Assembly (NCBI GenBank): GCA_963767925.1
Contig: CAVYGB010000008.1
Location: forward strand, 3,232,001-3,296,000
DNA from: an uncultured delta proteobacterium
GTDB taxonomy: Bacteria > Myxococcota_A > Polyangia > Fen-1088
DNA length: 64,000 bases
Direction: 5' to 3'
Position numbers and translations under genes: made by a program. The notes under the pieces are model-generated. The model did not search any database. It worked only from the letters and a program-made list of their open reading frames with translations, and was not told the origin of the DNA. Position 1 is the stretch's first letter, and each line of letters starts with the position of its first letter. Shown here piece by piece: positions 57,572-64,000 of this stretch.

Positions 57572-58928
57572 ATGGACATCAAGGACGACGACAAGGAGCG
57601 ACGCCACGCCGTCGCGCTGTTCCGGTACGGGCTGATCGCGGACCTATTGCACTGGCCGCGAGGAAAGCGCGGGCTCGGCGAGATGATCGCCAAGAAGGCC
57701 GAGCGCGAGCACGACATTCCCGGGTCACGACGTTGCCGGGTGGCACCAGAGACGATCCGGGACTGGCTCAAGGACTACCGACAAGGCGGCTTTGATGCCC
57801 TGCTGCCCAAGCCCCGGCGGGACCAGGGGCAGGCGCGCGCCATCCCGCAGTCGGTGGTGGATCTGCTGTGCATGGTCAAGGAGGACAAGCCGGCGCTGTC
57901 GGTGCGGATGGTGATCGAAGCGGCGCGCGCCTCGGCAGAGGTGCCGCAGGACGTGGAGCTGGCGCCGGCGACGGTGCACCGGGTGCTGTCCCGAGCCGGC
58001 CTGATGGAGCGGCGGCCAGACGAGCCGACGAGCAACGACCGGCGCCGCTTCTCCTACCTGAAGGCAGGTGAGCTGTGGATGAGCGACGTCATGCACGGAC
58101 CGGCAGTCCTCGACGAGCGCAAGCGCCGGCGCAAGACGTATCTCATCTCCTTCATTGACGACGCCACGCGGGTGATCCCCTATGGGGCTTTCGCGCTCGG
58201 GGAAAATGTCGCGTGCTTTCTGCCCGTGTTCGAGCAAGCCATCCGCCGCAGAGGGATCCCGAAGCGGCTCTACGTTGATAATGGGGCGGCGTACCGGTCG
58301 AACCACCTGTCGCTGGTGTGCGCGAAGCTGGGAGTCACGCTGATCCACGCCCGCCCGTACCAGCCTCAGGGCAAGGGCAAGCAAGAGCGTTGGCATCGCG
58401 AGGTCCGACGCCAGTGCCTCGGCATCCTCGGCGAGCAGGACACGACCAGCCTGGAGGCGCTCAACCGCAGGCTCTGGTCCTGGATCGAGGGCGAGTACCA
58501 CCAGGCCCCGCACAAGGGCCTCGACGGTGAGACGCCGATCGAGCGCTGGGCACAGGTCTCCGATGAGGTACGACTGCCCGACGCCAATATCGACGTGGGC
58601 GACCTCTTCCTCTTCGAGGAAAAGCGCAAGGTCCACAAGGACAGGACCGTGAGCCTGCGGGGCGTGATCTACGAAGTCGACGCCGCCCTCGTCGGCGACA
58701 CGGTCACCCTGCGTTTCGACCCCTCCCGCCTCGGCAAGCCGGTCGAAGTCTGGGCCAAGGGGCGCAAGGTCGCACTCGCACGGCGGGTGGATGCCTACGC
58801 CAACTGCTTCGTCAGGCGCGACAACGAGGTCCGCGACACCCTGCGGGTCGACGGCGCCTCCGCGCCGCCACCGCCCGAGGGCCTGCGTCTGCGCGACTTC
58901 GACGGCGGTAGACGAAGGAGGCCGCTGA
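57572..58928 (+). CDS. Mu/TnsB-like DDE transposase (HTH, rve, C-terminal domain)
   Basis: ALFRYGLI, HTH TIRDWLKDYRQGG, DDE: WMSDVMH / YVDNGAAY / GKQERWH; RBS AGGAGG. Confidence 0.9.
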
Positions 58929-59725
58929 TGTACCGCAAGCACTTCGGCTTCAATCGCCATCCCTTCGGCAAGGAGATCGATCCCGACGACCTGTTTGCGT
59001 CAGGGTCCAGCCAGGAATTGGCGGCGCGGCTCGGGCACCTCATCGACATGCGCGGCATCGGGCTCGTCACCGGCGACAGCGGAAGCGGCAAGACCACCGC
59101 CTGCCGAAAAGTCGTCTCGGCGCTGCACACCGGCCTTCACCGCGTCGTCTACGTCGCTCACTCGACCGGCAACGTGATGGATGTCTACAAGACCATCGCC
59201 TGGGAGATGGGCCTGCCCACCGAGCGCAACCGCGCCGCCGTCTACCGCCAGATCCGGACGGAGGTGACCCGGCTGACCACGGAGGCTCGTTGCCGCCCGG
59301 TCCTCATCGTCGATGAGGCCCACCACCTGCGGCCCGACGTCCTCGAGGACCTGCGCTTGTTGACGAACTACCAGATGGATGCCGAAAACCGTCTGTGCCT
59401 GCTCCTGGTCGGCCAGACGGAACTGCGGCGTCGCCTGGGCATGGCGGTCTACGAGGCGCTCAGCCAGCGCATCGTCGTCCGCTACCATTTCGGGGGGCTC
59501 ACACGCGACGAACTGGCCGCCTATCTCGCGCACCGCTTGCGGCTGGCTGGGACCGAACTGCCCCTCTTCGAGCCCGCCGCCATCGAGGCGATCTTCCAGG
59601 CCACCGGCGGCCTGCCGCGCAAGGTGAACCTGCTGGCCCACCACGCGCTCATGGCCGCAGCCCTGGCGCGCGCCAAGACCGTCACCGCCGAGCACGTGCA
59701 GGCCGCCCTGCCGGAGGTCGGGTGA
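58928..59725 (+). CDS. ExeA-like/TnsC-like AAA+ ATPase
   Basis: MYRKHFGFNRHPF, GDSGSGKTT, IVDEAH, LVGQ, GLPRKVN; own RBS AAGGAGG. Confidence 0.9.
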   Translation: MYRKHFGFNRHPFGKEIDPDDLFASGSSQELAARLGHLIDMRGIGLVTGDSGSGKTTACRKVVSALHTGLHRVVYVAHSTGNVMDVYKTIAWEMGLPTERNRAAVYRQIRTEVTRLTTEARCRPVLIVDEAHHLRPDVLEDLRLLTNYQMDAENRLCLLLVGQTELRRRLGMAVYEALSQRIVVRYHFGGLTRDELAAYLAHRLRLAGTELPLFEPAAIEAIFQATGGLPRKVNLLAHHALMAAALARAKTVTAEHVQAALPEVG

Positions 59726-60039
59726 TGCCCCGGCGCCACCGCGTCCTCGACCCTGAGCCGCTGCTGCGGCCCACGCCCGGCGAGCTCACCGCCGCACCCG
59801 AGCTCGGCGTCTTGGCCGCACTCGACGCCAATCTGGCCACGGCCGCCTACCAGCTACACGCCGAGCACCCCGACCTCACCCTCGAGGCCCTCGCGCGAGG
59901 TGACCTCCCCTCGGCCCAGGCGCGCACCGCCAGCCTCCTGCTCTTCCGCTGCGCCGACCTCAGGGCGGCCATCAGGGACTACCGCGCCATCGCCGTCGAC
60001 TCCGATCCCGACGACGACCAGCTCCATCTGCCCTTCTGA
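59725..60039 (+). CDS. Transposon ORF4, small helical protein with acidic C-terminal DDDQLHLPF tail
   Basis: TGATG overlap with the ATPase stop; followed by a hairpin and the element end. Confidence 0.7.
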   Translation: MPRRHRVLDPEPLLRPTPGELTAAPELGVLAALDANLATAAYQLHAEHPDLTLEALARGDLPSAQARTASLLLFRCADLRAAIRDYRAIAVDSDPDDDQLHLPF

Positions 60040-60060
60040 TCGCCCGCTGACCCCACCGCC

Positions 60061-60104
60061 AGAGCCCCGGTCCCGAGCACTTCGGCGCCGGGGCTCTCGC
60101 TTTC
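60061..60104 (+). terminator. Hairpin/terminator after transposon operon
   Basis: AGAGCCCCGG...CCGGGGCTCT followed by CGCTTTC. Confidence 0.5.
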
Positions 60105-60212
60105 TAGCCCCTGCTGATCCCGCCTGCACTCGGCGTGCAATCTGGGAAACCACCCCACTGCACGCGCGCTTTTGGCCGACAAAGCCGCGGTGAAATAGCG
60201 TGAGAGACAACA

Positions 60213-60984
60213 CCTCGTCGACCACGCCCAGCTGCGCGAGCGGCGCAATCAACTGCGCCATCCCCAGTACACCGCGCCCGAGCTCATGGCGACCGGCCCC
60301 AACCAAGCGTGGAGTTGGGACATAACGAAGCTGAAAACCTTTCGTGAAGAGCCAGTACCTGCACCTCTACGTCATCCTCGACATCTACTCGCGCTATGTC
60401 GTCGGCTGGCGAGTCGAGACATGCGAATCCGGCGAGCTCGCCAAGGAGCTCATGGAAACCGCCTGCGAGCGGCAGAAGATCCCACCCGGCCTCCTCACCA
60501 TGCATTCCGACAACGGGCCCCGCGATGATCTCTCAGTCGGTGGCCTCGCTGCTCATCACCCTCGACGTGGCCAAGAGCCACTCGCGGCCCCACGTCTCCG
60601 ACGACAACCCCTTCTCCGAGGCGCAATTCAAAACGCTCAAGTACCGCCCCAACTTCCCCGAGCGCTTCGCCTCCCTCGAGCACGCTCGCGCCTTCCTGCG
60701 GGAGTTCTTCGCCTGGTACAACACCGCCCACCACCACAGCCGGTTGGCCCTGCTCACGCCCCACGACGTCCACCACGGCCTCGTTGACCAGCGGATCAGC
60801 CAGCGAGCCGCCGTCCTGGACGCCGCTTACGCCGCGAAGCCAGAGCGCTTCGTTCGCAGGGCACCGACCCCTCGCCGCCCACCGGAAACCGTTTGGATCA
60901 ATCCACCCAAGCAGTCCCCCGCGACCGAGGAGACGCGAGCGTAAATTCAACAGTTGGCGCTCTCAAAGTCGTTGACAGGTTCCG
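60213..60984 (+). mobile_element. 5'-truncated IS3-family element (integrase-core transposase, frameshifted)
   Basis: ERRNQLRHP...PNQAWSWDITKL, HSDNG, NPFSEAQFKTLKY; stop at 60944; right end approximate. Confidence 0.8.
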
Positions 60985-61464
60985 GCGGCGCTGACTCCGC
61001 CCGTCACCTTCGCTCCGCTTCCTGCGGGTGCCCGACGCTTGGTTGTCCATTCCGATCATGGGCGGATCGGTGTCCTGATCTGCAGCGAGATCCTCGAATC
61101 GGCGGCTCTGGCGAGCCTGACAGGCAAGATAGGGGTTTTGCTGGTGCCCTCATGGAACACGGACACCGGAACGTTCGAACACGTCGCGCATGCCGCAGCC
61201 AGCATGCTCGTGCACTGCTTTGTCGCCGTGGCAAACAACGCGGAGGCCTCCGACTCACGCATCGTAGCTCCCGTGGCTGCGCCTCAGCACCTCCGTGATT
61301 GGGCACGAATTATCCATCGCGAACACAGTCGCGTAATCTGGGGGGACCTCCCGGTTGCGAATCTGCATAGTGCCCATGCGGTCCCCTCAACTCCTCCGGC
61401 CGCCCCTCAAAAGCGTGTCCCGGTCACTTTCAGACCTCTCCCTCCGGGATGGGAAGAACTTTGA
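60985..61464 (+). pseudogene. C-terminal carbon-nitrogen hydrolase (nitrilase) fragment, resembling RT-nitrilase defence proteins
   Basis: Open frame from the IS end: GVLICSE, VPSWNTDTGTF, HCFVAVANN, SDSRIVAP, FRPLPPG. Confidence 0.65.
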
Positions 61465-62131
61465 ACTTCGACTAGACACCACAGGCTCGGCGGGGCCCCG
61501 CCAGCGATGTGGCGATCACGCGGGGTGCACGTCGCTGCCGTGGTCCCGAGCTACCGGAAAGCCGAGGGATCGCACGGCTCCGAGAAACCCCACCGGCTAT
61601 TTTTTTCCGTCCCTTGCAACAACCGCCGGAAAATCGCCCACCGCAGGATGAAGGACGATGACGTGACCAAGGGACAGCGGGGATGGTTGTGGTGGCGTTT
61701 CAGGTGGGGTGGACTGCTCGCGGCGATTCGAGCCGCGCTTGGATTGCCAGCATGTCGCAGTCAGCGCGCGTCCCCATACGCAGCTACTGCACGTGCCAAC
61801 CAATCTACGCACGTGCGCGTCGACAAACTCCACAAGTGGATCGCCGCTCTACGGACCGACCCCGTGGCGCTCGCAATCTCCCAGAGCCGAAAGCGTCGAG
61901 GGGTCTCTCCCGCGGCGATTCTCGGGTGGCATAGGCCACCTGCCCTTCGAGCAGACCAGCAATGTCCAGCACTCCATCAGTATTCACGGAAACAACCTCA
62001 AGATGTACCATTACCTGGTCTCCCGTTCAGGTCAGCTGCCCTGACGTGACGCGTCGTTTATGTGCCAGAGCGCTAGTTCCTTGGGCCTCGTGCTTCGGCG
62101 CCCCGATGCACCATAATGATAATGTTGTGGT

Positions 62132-62569
62132 GTGCTTCCGTCCCTCGATCCGGATACAGGTCTCCTGCCCGCCGGCGAGCACGTGGCTCCTTGGGATGAA
62201 GTGCTGGAGAGGTTTGGATGGAATGACAGGCGCCGTGGACTACTCGATGGACTGGCTGAAGCCCTCGAATTGCTCGCGAGCGTCGGCTGCCGTCGCGTGT
62301 GGATCAACGGCAGCTTCGTCACGGCGAAGGACGAACCGGGTGACGTGGATGTCTGCTGGGACACCGCCGGAGTCGACCTGGACCGCATCGATCCCATCTT
62401 CCGCGACATGTCTCGTGGCCGAGCAGCGCAGAAGGAGCGCTTCGGCTGCGAGTTCCTCCCTAACGTCACCGAGACAGGCAGCGGCCTCGTCTTCGCAGAG
62501 TTCTTTCAACAGGAACGGGACGGTTCCCGGAAGGGAATAGTCGTGCTGGAGCTGGGCGAACAAACATGA
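62132..62569 (+). CDS. DUF6932-like minimal nucleotidyltransferase-fold protein
   Basis: GLLPAGEH, NGSFVTAK.EPGDVD, RKGIV. Confidence 0.75.
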   Translation: MLPSLDPDTGLLPAGEHVAPWDEVLERFGWNDRRRGLLDGLAEALELLASVGCRRVWINGSFVTAKDEPGDVDVCWDTAGVDLDRIDPIFRDMSRGRAAQKERFGCEFLPNVTETGSGLVFAEFFQQERDGSRKGIVVLELGEQT

Positions 62570-63003
62570 TCACCAACGACGTGCAGTATCGGTCCACGAA
62601 GGCCCACCTCCGGAAGTTCGAGGACGCCCTTGCGAATCTGGAGGCCGCCGCCGGGGACAAACCGACCAAGCTCCAGCGACTTGAGATCGATGCGGTGACT
62701 GCCCAGGCCGAAGACCTCCGCGCCGAGATTCGCGAGTATGAGGCGCTGTCATCAGGAAAGATTTCGACATTCGAAGCGTCGTCGCTCGCTGGACTAGCGA
62801 GCTTGCTGATCAAGGCGCGCATCGCAAGGGGGTGGAGCCAGCGACGTCTGGCGGATGAACTGCGAGTCGCCGAACAGCAGGTTCAGCGGTACGAGGCCAC
62901 CGAGTACCGCACCGCCAGCCTGGCGCGGATCGGTGATGTGGCCGCCGCGCTCGGTGTGGACATCGCCGAAACGGCGCGGCTGCGGGATCGCAGCGCCGCA
63001 TGA
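62566..63003 (+). CDS. XRE-family HTH protein with N-terminal coiled coil (putative antitoxin)
   Basis: MITNDVQY, ARIARGWSQRRLA...QQVQRYE; ATGA overlap. Confidence 0.8.
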   Translation: MITNDVQYRSTKAHLRKFEDALANLEAAAGDKPTKLQRLEIDAVTAQAEDLRAEIREYEALSSGKISTFEASSLAGLASLLIKARIARGWSQRRLADELRVAEQQVQRYEATEYRTASLARIGDVAAALGVDIAETARLRDRSAA

Positions 63004-63153
63004 AGGACCTCGGCTGTTGCCATTCCGTTGCCACGGACCGCGGATCTCCCTGGAACTCAGCGGAACCAGCAGGAACGGGACAGGGACCGTAACCAGCGAG
63101 AAGGACTGCAAGTCGGTGCCGCACCACGGGTTTTCCGATCTCCTTCTCGCAAC

Positions 63154-63174
63154 TTCAATCCCTGTCCCGCCTAC
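63154..63174 (+). repeat. attR: duplicate of tRNA-Val 3' end
   Basis: TTCAATCCCTGTCCCGCCTAC identical to 55450-55470. Confidence 0.9.
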
Positions 63175-63209
63175 GAATACAGAATGATCTCGCGGCGTTG
63201 GAGCGCCGA

Positions 63210-63246
63210 TTGACCTGGCAACACTCGTGTTCTACATTTCTGTAGA
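63210..63246 (+). promoter_or_regulatory. Sigma70-type promoter with overlapping palindromic operator for the TA operon
   Basis: TTGACC-17 bp-TACATT; inverted repeat TCTACA-TTTC-TGTAGA (63231-63246). Confidence 0.7.
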
Positions 63247-63261
63247 GAAGAGGACGCGAGC

Positions 63262-63543
63262 ATGGCGGACACGCAAATCTCGGCATTCATCTCCGACACC
63301 ACGAAGGAGCTCGTGGAGCGGTACGTGGAGGCCCACGGGGTCAAGAAGGGTCACCTCCTCGAGGAGGCACTGCTTCACCATCTGCAGGCACTCCGGGAGC
63401 TGCCGGCGGATCTGATCGTTCCCCCCAGACTCGTTGTTTCCCGGGAAAGCTTCGAGCGCGTCGCAGGGTTGGTTGAGCAGCCACGTGAGCCGACGCAGGC
63501 TATGCGAGATCTCATGACTGGCAAGAAGGCTCGACGGCCCTGA
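63262..63543 (+). CDS. RHH-type antitoxin (DUF1778-like)
   Basis: N-terminal beta strand plus two helices, C-terminal P.EPT.AMRDL; TGATG overlap with GNAT. Confidence 0.7.
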   Translation: MADTQISAFISDTTKELVERYVEAHGVKKGHLLEEALLHHLQALRELPADLIVPPRLVVSRESFERVAGLVEQPREPTQAMRDLMTGKKARRP

Positions 63544-64000
63544 TGGCCCGTGAGGTCCGCCGGCTTCGTCCCGAAGACGACCGGTCGGGATTCCGCTCCG
63601 GGAACATCGAGCTCGACCGCTTCTTCCAGCGCTTCGCGGGCCAGAACCAGTTCCGCCATCACATAGGGACAACTTACGTGGCCGTCGACGGCGGGGCCAT
63701 TCTCGGGTTTGCGACGGTTGCTCCTTCCGAGATCGCGACGGCCGATCTGCCACCATCCCGGAGAAAGCGACTGCCGCAATATCCCCTTCCAGTCCTGCGA
63801 CTGGCGCGACTCGCGACCGACGAGCGCGCCCGTGGGCAGGGTGTTGGCAGCGCTCTCTTGCGCGCGGTCTTCGCCTTGGCCCACCAACTCGCGGCCGACT
63901 ACGGTTGCATCGGCGTTGTCGTCGACGCCAAGGCGGATGCGGTCGGCTTTTATGAGCGCTTGGGGTTCCTCCCCCTCGACGTGCAAGGTGGTCAACTGGG
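63543..64000 (+). CDS. GNAT acetyltransferase toxin (AtaT/TacT-like), runs off window
   Basis: FRSGNIELDRFF, YPLPVLRLARLATD..ARGQGVG, VVDAK, FYERLGF; absent from the ORF track. Confidence 0.85.
   Translation, partial: MAREVRRLRPEDDRSGFRSGNIELDRFFQRFAGQNQFRHHIGTTYVAVDGGAILGFATVAPSEIATADLPPSRRKRLPQYPLPVLRLARLATDERARGQGVGSALLRAVFALAHQLAADYGCIGVVVDAKADAVGFYERLGFLPLDVQGGQL

Larger units (their letters stand above)
56679..60212 (+). mobile_element. Four-gene Mu/Tn7-like DDE transposon (TGTT...AACA ends)
   Basis: Imperfect terminal IRs TGTTAGCTCGCAGG / TGTTGTCTCTCACG (10/14); both ends coincide with breaks in flanking genes. Confidence 0.7.
55450..63174. mobile_element. Degraded integrative element (genomic island) at tRNA-Val
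   Basis: 21-bp direct repeat at both ends, adjacent tyrosine integrase, lower-GC cargo. Confidence 0.85.

Noticed and set aside
56679..60212. CRISPR-associated transposon, canonical Tn7, or a type II secretion exeA locus
   Set aside because: No cas, tnsA or recognisable tniQ genes, no array and no secretion genes; the ATPase is coupled to a DDE transposase.
63140..63180. Second tRNA gene
   Set aside because: Only the T-arm and acceptor 3' strand are present, without CCA; it is the att duplication.

Overview
High-GC (about 70% or more by eye) bacterial chromosome segment. It is most likely Myxococcota: it has a MYXO-CTERM protein, several Hanks-type kinases, a lid-less Hsp70 paralog and an FHA-GGDEF protein. 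Many conserved genes (pstC, pstS, ftsK, lolA, leuA, the NtrC-type regulator) carry single-base frameshifts, most simply explained as long-read assembly errors. The core part (1-55.4 kb) contains a pst operon led by a PhoU fused to a Cys-less LMW-PTP/ArsC domain with a Pho box, and an oligosaccharide ABC/GMC oxidoreductase/GH2 exo-glucosaminidase locus. It also has a kinase plus FHA-diguanylate cyclase, zwf, a LacI regulator, an ftsK...lolA cluster with four intervening genes, and exbBD. Next come a complete sigma54 module (direct-repeat enhancer, -24/-12 promoter, small Lys-rich secreted protein, histidine kinase, bEBP), a Tat cytokinin-dehydrogenase-like oxidase, a multi-domain kinase, LysR/short leuA, and an Hsp70-J protein-Ser/Thr kinase-lipoprotein cluster. 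The accessory part (55.4-64 kb) is a ~7.7 kb island at tRNA-Val(TAC), bounded by a 21-bp att repeat. It holds a tyrosine integrase, a four-gene Mu/Tn7-like transposon, a truncated IS3, the C-terminal remnant of a probable RT-nitrilase defence gene and a DUF6932-XRE pair. A GNAT toxin-antitoxin pair follows beyond attR. The most interesting leads are the four-gene transposon, whose small ORF4 ends in a clamp/SSB-tail-like motif, and the PhoU-pseudophosphatase fusion. All family assignments come from motif recognition by eye, not database searches.
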